DNA from: Chiloscyllium plagiosum | Lineage: Eukaryota | Direction of reading: 5' to 3' | Length of the DNA stretch: 64,000 bases | Assembly: GCF_004010195.1 (NCBI RefSeq) | Contig: NC_057749.1 | Span: 7,089,416-7,153,415, forward strand | Shown: piece by piece, positions 37,345 through 50,249 of the stretch | How positions within the stretch are numbered: the first letter of the stretch is position 1 | Layout: each line of letters opens with the position of its first letter | Notes under the pieces: generated by a model | What the model saw: the letters and a program-made list of their open reading frames with translations, nothing else | What the model was told of the DNA's origin: nothing | Databases searched by the model: none | Position numbers and translations under genes: made by a program

Positions 37345-38171
37345 ATTAGATTCCCTACAGTGTGGAAACAGGCCCTTTGGCCCAACAAGTCCACACCAAC
37401 CCTCTGAAGAGTAACCTACCCAGACCAATTCCCAACCCTATATTTACCCCTGACTAATGTCCCTATCACTATGGGCAATTTATCATAGGCAATTCACCTG
37501 ACCAACCCCACCGCCCCATGGCTAAACATTTCAACTCCCTCTCTCAATCTGCCGAGGACATGCAGGTCCTGGGCCTCCTCCATCACTATTCCCGCACCAC
37601 CCAAAGCCTGGAGGAAGAATGTCCTATCTTCCACATTGGAATCCTTCAACCCGAGGATATCAATGTGGACTCCACCAGTTCCCTCATTTCCCCTCCCTCC
37701 GTCCCAACCTTCCAGCTCAGAACCGCCCTCATGACCTGTTCATCTTCCTTCCCACCTATCCACTCCGCGCTATCACCTTCACCCCCACTTCCATCAACCC
37801 ATTGCACTCTCAGCTACCTTCTCCCCAGCCCCACACCCCCCTCCTATTTATCTCTCCACCCCTGAGGCTCCCAGCCTCATTCCTGATGGAGGGCTCCTGC
37901 CTGAAACGTCAATTTTCCTGCTCCGCGGATGCTGCCTGACCTACTGTGCATTTCCAGCAACACACTCTCAACTTGGATCTCCAGCATCTGCAGACCTCAC
38001 TGTCTCCTAATTCACCTGGCCTGCACATCTTTGGACTGTGGGAGGAAACCGGAGCACCTGAAGGAAACCCACGCAGACACGGGGAGAATGTACAAGCCCC
38101 ACATAGTCACCCAAGGCAGGAATCGAACCCAGGTCCCTGGCACTATAAGGCAGCAGTGCGAACCACTGAGC
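37345..38171 (-). mobile_element. HE1 V-SINE split by a Penelope insertion
   Basis: SINE 37345-37500 and 38009-38171. Confidence 0.9.
37501..38008 (+). mobile_element. Penelope-like element 3' end: GIY-YIG endonuclease C-terminus plus terminal repeat with hammerhead
   Basis: AKHFNSLSQSAEDMQVLGLLH...LEEECPIFHIGILQPEDINVD resembles PLE EN ends; core cctgatggagggctcctgcctgaaacgtc; 10-bp TSD aattcacctg (37491-37500, 38009-38018). Confidence 0.85.
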
Positions 38172-38384
38172 AATCTATAAGTGATTGCCCTATAAGTGAT
38201 TTTGGCTCTTTTATATCATCCTTGAATAGAAGTTAGCTTAGTGAGTGTTTTGGTTACCGCAGACACTTGTGCTTCCTTCACCTCTTTCACTTGGATTAAC
38301 TAACAATGATGACTACACGGTAGATCAATCCATCTATCCACATCCATGCCATATAGAGCTCACTTGGTAGAACAGTGACCTCCA

Positions 38385-38705
38385 TACAATTTGGGCTGAC
38401 TCTCCAGTGCAGTGCTGAGTAAGTGCTACACTGTCAGAAGTGTTGTTTTATAAATGGCACCCTGTCTGCAGACATTTAAAAGCTCCCATGGTGCCAATTG
38501 AATGCAGAGCAAGACTGATGCTTATCACTGATAGGATTTTACCCCTGGCACTGTCTTGCTTTTTAAACCAGCCTTTAATCAGACAGTCTGCCACCTCTTC
38601 CTACACTGCAACACTTCAACATTACAAAAAGTAACTCATTGGCTGCAACATGTTGCGTGGTGCCCTCAGGTCACGAGAGGTGGCACTAAAATGAAAGCTT
38701 TTTCC
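38385..38705 (+). mobile_element. Deu-domain SINE (SacSINE1-like)
   Basis: ggctgactctccagtgcagtgctgagtaagtgctacactgtcaga...aaaagtaactcattggctg. Confidence 0.7.
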
Positions 38706-38734
38706 TTTTCATTTAAATTAAGCAAGTGTACTGT

Positions 38735-38932
38735 TGTCCTAGTCCTGCTCCCTCATTGGCGAGAGGGACAGAGACATGAGTTTCACCCGAGGGTCACCAC
38801 ACTTCAAGTGAGGGAGAGGCTGAGAAGATGGAAGCAGCCTGGTGACCTCAGCCAGTGTAGGAAGCGAACCTAAACTGTTGGCATCAATTTACATTGCAAA
38901 CCAGCCATCCAGCCAACTGAGCGAACTGACTC
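38735..38932 (-). mobile_element. SINE family 4
   Basis: caaaccagccatccagccaactgagc head. Confidence 0.7.
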
Positions 38933-38959
38933 CGGTTAAAGAAAACGTGTCATTGTAAC

Positions 38960-39390
38960 TGAAGCAGTTATGAGGAGGTTCGCGTGACTGGGTTCTTGGA
39001 TGAAGAGGTTGCTTTCTGAGCAGGTTGGGTCGAGATTCATCGGAGTTTTGAAGAACGAGAGGTGATCGTACTGCAATATATAAGATGCAGAGGAGGCCTG
39101 ATACGGCAGCTGCAGAGAGGTTGTGGGGGCTAGAGTATGGAATTAGGGGCCACAGTTTAATTACAAGGAGATCTCCATGAAATAATGAGAAAATTGTCTC
39201 TCAAAGACTCGTTAGTCTGTGGAATTACATTTCCCAGAGAGTAGCAGACGCTGTGTCATTGAATATATTCAAGGCTAATTATCCAGATCAACATGGGAGT
39301 CAACAGTTATGAGGAATTGAGATCATTGTCAAGTGCCAGAGCAGACTCAGAGGCAATATATGGCCTACTCCTGCTCCTATTTCTCATGTC
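38960..39390 (+). mobile_element. Old CR1 3' fragment
   Basis: gagaggtgatc...tggcctactcctgctcctatttc. Confidence 0.75.
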
Positions 39391-39889
39391 ATACACATTG
39401 ACGCCACATGTTAAAGACAAACTCTCTGATGGGAGGATCATAATATCCAACTATACCATGGAGCCACTCTGACCCCTTCCCACACTCTAGGGTCCTGGGT
39501 CATGATATACAGTTGTTCATCACCTTTTACCATCCACAGTGATCACTTCAAGTAAATGCTTGACAAATAGTGGGCCTATGGTTGTAAAAATAGGACCAAA
39601 CAAAAGCACAAATTCTTTTTAGTTGAACAACCCTAATTGAATGGATAAGTCACCTCATATAAGTCATCTAAATTATAAACATGCAGAAAATTGAAATGTG
39701 TCTCTAAGACAGATAAATTCATATTTCATCATTTATCCATGCAACAAATGTTGGCCCAGCCAGCAATATCCACATCTGTTGAATTAAAGTAACACACCAT
39801 GGTGAGGTATGAACCAACATCCCCAGAATACTAGCTTGGGGTTCTGAATAACTAATCCAGTGACATCACCACTACATCATCGCTCTTGG

Positions 39890-40124
39890 GTCTGAAACAA
39901 ACATAGAGAATGCTGGAGAAACTCAGCAGTCTGCCAGCATCCACAGAGAGAGAAACAGAGTTAATGTTTTGTGTCCTGTCTAAATTGTTTTCAGAATCCT
40001 AATAACATTAGTGGAAGGAAGTCAGCTCGGTGATTCTCAGTAAGCTCACAGCAGAGTCCAGGAGACGAATCTTTAATTCTTGAATTTAAATTCCAGGTTA
40101 CCAGTCCAATGACACTATAACCAC

Positions 40125-40156
<32 letters not shown>

Positions 40157-40232
40157 CAGCAGGTTTGGCAGCATCTGTGCAGAGAGAAACAGAGTTGATA
40201 TTTTTGAGTCAGGTATGAGTCTTCTTTTGAAT
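39890..40232 (-). mobile_element. Two decayed PLE family B fragments and (GT)n
   Basis: gaaactcagcag...cagcatc...gagagaaacagagtt at ~39920 and ~40151. Confidence 0.65.
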
Positions 40233-40409
40233 TAGTGACAATCTTTATCATTCAAAATTCATTCAGTGAGTTCAACTCAATCTCCACCATCTGCTATCGT
40301 TGGATTTGAACCCTTGTAGCCTGGGCCCACAGTATTTGCTTCTTCCTCTGGATTACCAGTGCAGTGACATTATCATGAAGCATTGAATGCCCCTGGCCTC
40401 TGTCTAACT

Positions 40410-40620
40410 CAGGCCAAAGCTCTGGACCTGCCTCCAAAACCTCCCACTCCCTAGACATTTCCCTCCTTTACAATATTCCTTAAAACCAACCTCTTTGACC
40501 AAACCTTAGTGTCTCCTTCCTTTTATTGGTGTCACCTTTTATCAGATTACACCCCTTCGAGTACCTTGGAATATTTTAACACATTAAAAGTGCTCTCAAA
40601 GATGTAATTTGTTTTCTTTT
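40410..40620 (+). mobile_element. L2-like 3' tail
   Basis: ccttaaaaccaacctctttgaccaa...cattaaaagtgct. Confidence 0.55.
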
Positions 40621-41116
40621 CATACATGAAATAAGACCGACCGAATGACCTTTCTCATCCGTAAATATCTTGAGACGGACCACATTTAATTCAAACCAAG
40701 ACTTTATCACTGAAACGAATCCCCTTGGTACATTTTGTAAATGTTTATTCTGCTTCAAGACTAAAAGATATAGTTACATTGAATGGAAATGGTGGCTTCA
40801 TGTGACATCTTAACACCTCAATCGAGCCACGTCCTTTGTTATTCAACATGCAAGCTGCCTTGCAGATTCGGTCTGATGAAGCAAGGCAGGTTTTTAAGCA
40901 ACCTTCACTGACTTCCTTTTCTGTAAAATACGGCGCTTAGATTAAGGCAAAAGAGGTGGGTAGGGGAGAAAAATAAACCTGAAAATGATTCAATTCATTG
41001 AGCCATTAGTGTGAATGAGGATAATGGGAGTCCATGGAAATAAAGTGCTTATCTGTGAGGTGCAGCAACTGATAACTGGCACCCAGGGTGTAAGTATACA
41101 AACAGAAACTTTTTGC

Positions 41117-41555
41117 TTTCCCCTGGCAACCAGGTTGGAAGCGATGCGTCACCAACTATCATTATATGTGCATTAAGTGCAGATGAGTTGCCATGGCAAC
41201 AATCCTCAGTACTCCTTCACCAGGGAGACCAAAATGTCACAGCTGTAGCTGATGTCTGGCACTCGGATAAGAGTATCTCATGAAAATCGCCTGCTCACTG
41301 AACAAATTCCTGCTCGCTCTATTCTTCCTCCTTCCATTCCACAGCGAACATGACAACCCGACCTGACAAATGGCTCTGTTTGGGATTTTCTAACTCTCTC
41401 TCCTTACCCGCATGGCTTTCCCGTTCCCGGTCAGCTGCAGGCAGAATCACTTCATTGAGAGAAAATCCCGTTGCATTGTGCTTCTTTGGCAACAATTTGC
41501 CAAGTTGGAAAGAACGAGTGGCTAATTGCTAAGCATGCCTCCCTCTGATAGCAAC
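41117..41555. promoter_or_regulatory. Candidate enhancer/promoter with perfect RFX X-box
   Basis: gttgccatggcaac 41187-41200 plus ggcaac/agcaac half-sites at ~41125, ~41488 and ~41550; repeat-free. Confidence 0.45.
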
Positions 41556-42184
41556 AGTCTGTCACACTTTTAGGTGCAATATTCAGCAGTTTAAGAGAAC
41601 TTTAGAATTCAATTTGATGCTGTTTTCCCTTCGTTGTATTATTAAGGCAGTATTGATTTCCCTGTGTTTGTAGACCTACTGATATTTGAAAATGTCAGAA
41701 AGGATAAAGGCTAGAAAAAGTTCAGAAAAATTACATTCTTTTCATTTGATTTCTTGGTATATAAAACACTGACAAGTTTTATGCCGAAAGGGTGGATTGT
41801 TAACACTATCAGAATCGGAGCAGAGATGGGAGATTTTGAAGTTCGAATTGAGAATGAATTTTGCCCGTATTTCAGGTGCCAACAGGACACCACCTATACC
41901 AATTTATGGGTGCAAGGTTCTGCACCTTGACTGTGTTGGAGGCTTCGATTCATCAGGTTGGTCCGTGGGTCCCTTATGGTGCAGTGGTAGTGTCCCCACC
42001 TCTGAACCAGGAGACCTGGCTTCACACTCCCACCTGCTCCTACAGTAACACTTCTGAGGTGGTGGATTAGAAAGTATCCATAGAGAATTGGGAAGCCGAT
42101 GGTTAATAGGTTCATGACCAGGCATTGAGTTAGATAAAGAGATTGAAGGTTTAGGAGGAATGCAAAGGAGGATTTTATCACCTA

Positions 42185-42534
42185 AAAGGGGCATGGATAG
42201 GATAAATAGACAAAGTCTCTTCCCTGGTGTGGGGGAGTACAGAACTAGAGGGCATAGGTTTAGGGTGAGAGGGGAAAAATATAAAAGAGACCTAAGGGGC
42301 AACTTTTTCACACAGAGGGTAGTACGTGTATGGAGTGAGCTGCCAGAGGAAATGGTGGAGGCTAGTACAATTGCAACATTTAAGAGGCATTTAGATGGGT
42401 ATGTGAAGAGGAAGGGGTTGGAGGGATATGGGCCGGGTACTGGCAGGTGGGACTAGATTGGGTTGGGATAACTGGTCGGCATGGACGGGTTGGACCAAAG
42501 GGTCAGTTTTCATGCTATACATCTCTATGACTCC
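42185..42534 (+). mobile_element. HER1/CR1 3' fragment
   Basis: GMDRINRQSLFPGVGEYRTRGHRFRVRGE. Confidence 0.9.
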
Positions 42535-42721
42535 AAAAGCACCCTAGAGGCTTTTAACATTTGAAAGGTATTAGAATTGAAGTGTGCAAACTAATAATCT
42601 GGAAAGTGGGATTAGGATGGATGGCTATTTGTGGGTCTGTACAGATATAAAGGATGTGTTGGCCTCATTCTGTGCAGTACGTTGCTTTATCCATGATAAA
42701 CTTGGCTTCATCTCTATGTTT

Positions 42722-43045
42722 TTAAAATTCCTTCACAGGATAAGAGCTAGGCCAGCATTCGCTGCCCATCCCAGAGTCCAATTAAGAGCCCATTACTGTG
42801 GGTCTGGAGTCACATGTAGGCCAGACCAAGTGAGGATGGCAGTTTCTTTCCCTCAAGAACATTAGTGAACCAGGTGAGTTTTTCCCCAACAATGACCACA
42901 GTCATCGTCAAACTCCTAATTCCAGATTTTTATTGAATTCAAATTCAATTTGCCATACCAGGGTTCAAACCAGGGCCCCCAGAACATCACCTGGATCTCT
43001 GAATTAATAGCCTGGTGATAATACCACTCGGCTGTCACCTCTCCA
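42722..43045 (-). mobile_element. SINE family 2
   Basis: ctgtgggtctggagtcacatgtaggccagacc...ttccagatttttattgaattcaaattc. Confidence 0.8.
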
Positions 43046-43185
43046 ACATTTCTGTCATTCATGAAAAGGAGACTGAGTCCTGTTGAAGGGTTGGCATCAA
43101 GTCAATGGAAGCACGCCAACACAGTTCTCCACACCTAACTTGCCAATCTCATGTGCTGTGGTATAAGGCCCACCCTTGGAGATAA

Positions 43186-43385
43186 CGTGAGGACTGCAGA
43201 TGCTGGGGATCAGAGTTGAAGAGTGTGGTGCTGAAAAAACACAGCTGGTCAGGCAGCATCCGAGGAGCAGGAGAATTGACGTTTCGAGTATAAGAGATGA
43301 AGGATTTATACTCGAAACGTCGACTCTCCTGCTCCCCGGATGCTGCCTGACCGGCTGTGCTTTCCCAGCACCACACTCTTCAACT
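43186..43385. mobile_element. PLE family A inverted pair
   Basis: Arms meet at ...gtttcgagtataag/agatgaaggatttatactcgaaacgtc; caccct..gagat at both flanks. Confidence 0.85.
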
Positions 43386-43699
43386 GCACCCTCAGAGATG
43401 CCATTCACAGCCTGTGGCACGGGTGTCGGATTTGCCTTTGAACTTCTAGCCATTATAGGTGAACCATGCATTATTTAGCCCCGAGGGAAATCAAAGACCT
43501 AGCCAATGAAGCTGTTCCATTGTTGATTTCATGCAACGCTAAGACTCAAGGGGAAACTCCAAATCTACCATCTGTCCAGATGGGGCAAATCCTACAATAA
43601 ATTGCAGGAATGAAATCAAGGCACAGCCAATGAGCAGACAAGTGTTGGTTTATTTTAAGACCAATTTTGGCATTGAGATGGTTCCAGTATAAATTGAGA

Positions 43700-43962
43700 T
43701 GGGAATGCAAAGCGAAATTGCTGGAGAAACTCAGCAGGTCTGGCAGCATCTCTGGAGAGAAAGCAAAGTTAGCATTTCAGGTCAACTTGACTCAGATTAG
43801 GTAGATTGGCCATGGAAAATATAGGGTTATGGGAATAGAGTGGACTGGGGGGGGGGGGGGGGGGTGGGCAGCAGATCTGGGTGGGATGGTCTGCGGAGAG
43901 TCAGTGCAGACTTGATGGGCTGAATGGCCTCTTACCACACTGTTGGGATTGGCTGATTCTAA
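43700..43962. mobile_element. PLE family B piece (-) followed by HE1 SINE 3' half (+) with G18 run
   Basis: gctggagaaactcagcaggtctggcagcatc; gattggccatggaaaat...tgaatggcct. Confidence 0.7.
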
Positions 43963-44119
43963 GATGAGGGCAAACTGCAGTGCCTGTAATATTGATGCTT
44001 GACAGCAAGGCAACGAGCTTCTGTTCTTCCGTGTGGAAGTTAGCTAGCAGATATAGGTACAAAACTTGCGCTGACATCTGCAGATTAGTTCACGAGCAGA
44101 GAATCAATCAAACCTCATC

Positions 44120-45250
44120 AGTGACCGACTCGAACAGGCTGGGTGAGTGGGCAAATGCATGGCAGATATGGATGAATGTGAGGTTATCCACTTTGGTAGC
44201 AAAAATAGGAAGTTAGATAGGGTGGCATGGTGGCTCAGTGGCTCAGTGGTTAGCACTGCTGCCTCACAGCACCTGGGTCCCAGGTTCGATTCCAGCCTCA
44301 TGCGACTGTCTGTGTGGAGTTTGCTCCCACAGTCCAAAGATGTGCAGGTCACGTGAATTGGCCGTGCTAAATTGCCCATAGGTTAGTTGCGTTAGTCAGA
44401 GGGAAATGGGTCTGGGTGGGTTACTCTTCGGAGGGTCGGTGTGGACTTGTTGGGCCGAAAGGCCTGTTTCCACACTGTAGGGAATCTAATCAATTATTAT
44501 CTGAATGGCTGTAAATCGAACGAGGGGAATGTTCAATGAGTCCTGAGTGTCCACATGCACCAGTTACTGCAAGTGAGCATGCAGGTGCAGTTAACAGAAA
44601 AGAAGGCAAACAGTATGTTAGCCTTTGTAGGGAGAGGGTTCAAGGACAGGAACAAAGATGTCTTGCTGCAGTTATACAGGGAATTGGTGAGGCCACACCT
44701 GGAATATTGTGTGCAGTTTTGGTCTCCTTATCTGAGGAAGGATATTCTTGCTACAGAGGGAATGCAGTGCAAGTTGACCAACTGATTCCTGGGATGGCAA
44801 GAATGACATATGAGGAGAGGTTGAATCGGTTAGGATTGTATTGACTGGAGTTGAGAAGAATGAGAGGTGATCTCACAGGAACCTACACAATTCTAACATG
44901 ACCAGACAGGTTAGAAGCAGGAAGGATGTTCCTCGTGGTGAGAAAGCCCAGAAGCAGGGGTCATTGTTTCAGGATAAGGGGTAAACTTTTCAGAACTTAG
45001 ATGAGGAGAAGTTTCTTGACCCAGAGAGTGGGGACCCTGTGGAATTCACTACCACAGGAAGTGGTTGAGGCCAAAACATTGAATGTTTTCACAAAGTGGT
45101 CAGGTATAGTTCTTAGGGCTAAATGGATCGAGGGAGGGTGGGATTTTAAAGTATTGAGCTCAATGATCAGCTTTGATTATAATGAAAGGTGTAGGAGGCT
45201 GGGGAGTCTAATGACCTACTGCTGCACTGATCTGCTATGTTTCTGTAATT
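44120..45250 (+). mobile_element. CR1 ORF2 3' fragment with nested HE1 SINE (44221-44491)
   Basis: KKANSMLAFVGRG...LVRPHLEYCVQFWSPYLRKDI; FLTQRVGTLWNSLPQEVVEA. Confidence 0.9.
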
Positions 45251-46039
45251 TCTGTGACTGTTTCAGCCAGCTGTACTCACGTGTGCCTTTTCATTTGAGT
45301 GAAGATGATATCCCAGCAACAGGAATGACTGGAATTAAGAAGGCTTTTGTAATTTAGGGTTTATAATAGCTTTATATGGCATGTGCTGGCATTTCTTGGC
45401 AGGATAAGGAGAGGTGTTGTATTGGCAGGTTGCATTGCCCAAGATAACACTCTTATCTCACAACTAACTTCGGGTACACCACAGTCAAATACATAATAAA
45501 ACGCAGTCTATAAGGTCTTTAATCTGCTGACAATTTGGGCTAATTTATAAGGTGATGTAAGTGCTGTGGAGGCCACAAGCAAAAACAAAAGGACTGTCCA
45601 GTTCAATATAGTGTATGAAGGTGTCGCTGAATATTCTTGTCAATTCCACCTTCTTCTCCCCTGTAAACAGCTGAAGAGCAGAGCAGGAGTTATTGGTCAC
45701 TGGCCTCGTGCTCCTTATTGACGTGTTAATCTCAGAACTATTTTCTGGAAGTGGACCACACTGAAATAGCTGAATTGTTGTTTATGCCCAATGACGAAGG
45801 GGCACGGACTACAATGCTGACTGATACGTCCCATGAGTGCTGCACATTCGGCTTGTCTTTTGTCTGTGGCCTAGGCTTATGGAGTAACCCCACTTAAAGC
45901 TGAGAAAGATGGACATTCGTTCATTTGATTCAAACCTGCCCTTTCACCTGACTGCAGTGTTATTCAAAAGGACCTGATTCACCACCACAGCTGTGAATGT
46001 GGACCTACTGGAACACTTGCACATATGGTTTTTCTGGGT

Positions 46040-46710
46040 CATTCGTTCCAAGCTCCTACAGAAACTCAGTCGAGTACACAGCTCAGACCATCACGAAAGC
46101 CAACCTCCCCATCCGTGGGCTCCATCTATGTTTCTTGCTGTCACTGAAAAGCTGCCAACATCATCAAGCGCTCCTGCCCGAAACGTCAATTTTCCTGCTC
46201 CTCGGATGCTGCCTGACCTGCTCTATGTTTCTTGCTGTCACTGAAAAGCTGCCAACATCATCAAAGATGAAGCGCTCCTGCCCGAAACGTCAATTTTCCT
46301 GCTCCTCGGATGCTGCCTGACCTGCTATGCATTTCCAGCACCACTCTAATCTTGACTCTAATCTCCAGCATCTGCAGTCCTCACTTTGGCCTAACATCAT
46401 CAAAGACCCCTCTCACCCCAGTAATACACTCTTTCAACCTCTTCCATCAGGCAATAGGTACAGAAGCTTGAACACATGCTTCTTCCCTGATGCTTTTAGA
46501 CTTCCAAATAAACCTCTCTAATTTCAAATCTAACGTTGATCATGCTTTTGTGCATCTCCTGTGCAGCTGTAACTCTGTGTGCCTTGCTCTGTCTGAACAC
46601 CCTGTGATCTGCACGTCCTTATATCTTACCATCTGCCTGTACTGCTCACAAAACAAAACCTTTCACTGTACTTAGGTACAGGTGACAATAATAAATCAAA
46701 TCAAATGAAA
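46040..46710 (+). mobile_element. Rex/Babar LINE 3' end interrupted by PLE family A insertion
   Basis: NIIKDPSHPSNTLFQPLPSGNRYRSL; aaatc-repeat tail; aacatcatcaaaga duplicated 46254-46267 / 46393-46406. Confidence 0.8.
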
Positions 46711-47384
46711 GATCTTCATAGTCAATATAATAACATAAAACAACAAGTTTCATACTGTTTGTATATTAGTGAAGCAGTCTGTTTCTCTGGATGTTGTGGA
46801 ATTTCTGCAGAATTTGAGTAACCCAGATATCCTCCATCATATATAATGTTCCATGAAAGCAATATTACAGTGTGCTGCAGAATACCACTTGCATTCTATT
46901 AAAACATAGGGGTCACTATTTTCAAATGAGCAATCTTTCAGTTTAGATAGAAATGACAACGATTTGTTTCCTCGCAACAAGTTATTAATCTATGGAATTC
47001 TCTAATCCAGATAAATCATTGAATACGTTCAAGGTTGTGTTGGGCAGATTCTGAATGACTAGGCAGTCAAGGTGATGGGCAGGAAAGTGGAGGTAAAGCC
47101 TCAATGAAGCTACCCATAACCCGATAGAATGATGGGCATATTGGAGGGCCGAATGGTCTCCTCCTGCTCATTTCTCCTAGCTGTAGTTACCTAATAGCAA
47201 CAGATCAGATTTTGTAGTGCCACTGCAGCAGTGCATTCAGCACACACACTGCAGATAGTTAGAGATACCCAAAGCTTCCAGAGTGCTGTGCACCAATCTG
47301 AAGTTGAGCCAAGCTAACTAATCCTATTTCCAAACATTTGTTGCTCGAGACCAAACAACAACAAACTGAAAAAGTGTGGGATAT

Positions 47385-47514
47385 TAAAACAAAAATCTGT
47401 GAATACTAGAAATCTGAAACTAAAACAAGTTGCTGAGAAACTCAGCAGGTCTGGCAGTATTCATGTAACTGGAACAGACTTAATGTTTCAAGTTCAATGA
47501 CCCTTCTTCAGGAC
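47385..47514 (-). mobile_element. PLE family B fragment with hammerhead core
   Basis: RC tcCTGAAGAagggtcattgaacttGAAAcatt. Confidence 0.7.
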
Positions 47515-47573
47515 TGCACATATGCGATAATTGCGTTGCTGATTTCAAATTAATTACTACATAAAATCGTCTC

Positions 47574-47796
47574 CAGTCACTTCCCCCCGTTCCTGCGGGG
47601 GATACGTACCAGTACCTACCGTGGAATCCAGAAACCGCAGATAGGAGTGAACCCATTCCTTTCATTGGGAAATTTACCTTCCCGGCAGTCCCCTGTTCCC
47701 TGGTTCCAGAAGATTCCCTACAGTATGTTCGGGGTGTGGTAAACCACGGGTAACTGAAACTGTGGAAAATGATTCCGCAAACACAGTGGTCACCCT
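47574..47796. mobile_element. Tigger/MER2-like DNA transposon remnant
   Basis: cagtc..cccc..cgggggatacgt.cca...gaaaccgcagatag and gggtaactgaaactgtggaaa resemble Tigger ends. Confidence 0.6.
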
Positions 47797-48529
47797 TTAC
47801 CTGCTTTTGCAGGAGTATGGCATCTTCTGTTAACTTGTAAATACTTAATGAAGGGGGCTCAGTCCATTCTAAACATAAAGCAGATCCATTTTTTAAACCT
47901 AAACCTTTTTAAAAATCTGATGAATTCATGTTGAAGTCTGTGCTGATTTAGAATAATATCGCACACTTTTTAAATGATCACTTTTTAAAATGATTTATCT
48001 AACCAAAATTATCATACTTTTAAAAGATGTTTAAATTTTTAATTTTGAAAAAATGTTTAAATTTTAATTTTGTAAAATTATATTTAAATGATTAATCTTG
48101 TAAACTTTATTATCTACAAAAGAAATGTAATTATTCCTTTTACTGCAACAGCGGGGTTTTTTTGTGTCCGTTTTTTCGCAGTGCAGTGTTGACATGCCAT
48201 AATCACAACCGGCTGCCATATTCACCCCCACGACTCTCCACACACACACACACACACACACAGGAGAGGGTAATCCCTCCAGACAGCCAAAATTCTCACA
48301 GCAGTGGCTTCTTGTGGAAATATGGCGAATACAGCAATCATCAAGGGAGTGAGTGCGAAGTCTGAGCAAAGCTTTCAATCCTGGTCAGTTTCAAGTAACT
48401 CTTCCAATTGAAATGGACAGAAAAGTTATCTTGTGCGCAATGATACTATTGCATGTTGTTTATCTGGACTAGCCTCTTGTCCTTTCTAAGGTCACCACCT
48501 CTACGTATTTCCGCCACATAATGAGGGAC

Positions 48530-48950
48530 AACATTAGGCCACTCTGATCTTTCAGGCTTACTCTGACATTCAATGACATAATCTGACTTTAACCTCAACT
48601 CTATACTCCTGCTCATCCCTGATAATCTTTCTTTAAGAACCTATCTACTTCCGCGTTAAAAATACTTTAAGTTTCCACTGCCTTTTGACAAAGAGGATTC
48701 CAAAAGCTCAACCCTCAGAGAGGAAAAAAAGGTTTTCTCAATTCAGTCTTAAATGAGCGACTGCTTATTTTTTAATCAATGATCCCTAACTCATTCCATA
48801 AATGAAACATCTTTCTACATCCACCTGGTCAAGTCTCCTTAGGATTGTATATGTTTCAATGAAGCCCATCTCTGACTCTTCTAAGCCTAGACCTAGCCTG
48901 TTTAATTAATAAAATCCACTGATTCTAGGAATTAGTCCAGTAAACCAACT
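48530..48950 (-). mobile_element. Old CR1 3' fragment
   Basis: gattccaaa...accctcagagaggaaaa...tatgtttcaat. Confidence 0.7.
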
Positions 48951-49249
48951 TATTTCAATGCCATGAATTCAACTGAAATCAAATAGTCTATTTCGCAAAG
49001 CCCAACACACACCAATTTAGATATCATTAATTCATCGATTCAACTATGTTTCATCATATCTCTGCAGCAAGTGGGTTTTGAACCTGGACTTCCTGCCCAG
49101 GAGGTAGGGGCACTACCCATTGTGCCACCTGAGCATGCACACACCACTTAGTTTTTTATATAATGAGCATGCATTGGAAATTTGCAGGCAGGCCATGTCA
49201 ATAGTCAGTTCATTGATCTAATAAATGGCAAAGTATGACTCCCATTAAG

Positions 49250-49550
49250 TGGGGTGGCTCAGTGGTTAGCACTGCTGTCTTACAGTGCCAGTGACCTGGG
49301 TTCAATTCCACCCTCAGGTGACTGTCTGCGTAGAGTTTGCACATTCTCCCAGTTTTTGTGTGGGTTTCCATCAGGTGGTCTGGCTTCCTCTCACAGTCCA
49401 AAGATGAGTGGGCTAGGTGGATTAGCCATGGGAAATTCAGGGTTACAGGGACAGGGTAAGAGGTGGATCTGGGTGGGATGCAGTTTAGAGGGTCAGTGTG
49501 GACTCGATGGGCTGAATGGCCTGCTTCCACACTGTATGATGATACAATGA
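49250..49550 (+). mobile_element. HE1 V-SINE
   Basis: gtggctcagtggttagcactgctg head, V-domain. Confidence 0.9.
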
Positions 49551-50249
49551 CTCAGTTATCCATTGGCTTAGCCTGATCCACCTAATCTGATCATGATGAT
49601 TTGAAAACCAGGGTAATCAAAGATGCAGCATGGATGCAATTCTAAAGGTTCATTTGGAGACAGTGTACTCACATACTGATGAGAGTGATGAACACTGGAT
49701 GCTGCTGGAGTTCTTGTCATGTACAGCTATCAGCGTATCATTCTATTGGTTTCTCTCCCTTCAGTGGATATAACCTGCCCTTGAATGCAGCTGAGCTATT
49801 TACCTTATAATGCCTCGTGTTTGAGTGTTCCCCCTTCTAACTGTTTTCTGTGTTTCTCTTCAATTCCCAGTTGGATATATTAGTGATTGCTGCATTTTGC
49901 CTGTTTGTTGTTTATTTTATACATCTCAGAGCAATGCAGAGATGACACTAGTTTCTAAGTGTGTAGCAGGTTTATTTACCAGAGTCTGAAAATACTTCTG
50001 CAATCACAAAATGTCAAGTCTACAATGACACTTCCAACTCAGCTGTAGCTTCGAGCAGCTTCTCTGTCTACTCAAGCTCTGAATCCACATCCAGGCTTCA
50101 TCAATCGAACACAATGAACATAAATTGATTATCAGATTCACGTAACTGAGCACAGAGCAATCAAACAATTCCATGACCGTGATAAATTTATGTTCGTAAC
50201 CCCTAGCTCTGGGCTCCCCAGAAATTGAAACATTGATTAGGTTAAAGAA

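Noticed and set aside
43847..43864. G18 run as a functional G-quadruplex
   Set aside because: Homopolymer expansion within a SINE; may also be a sequencing artefact
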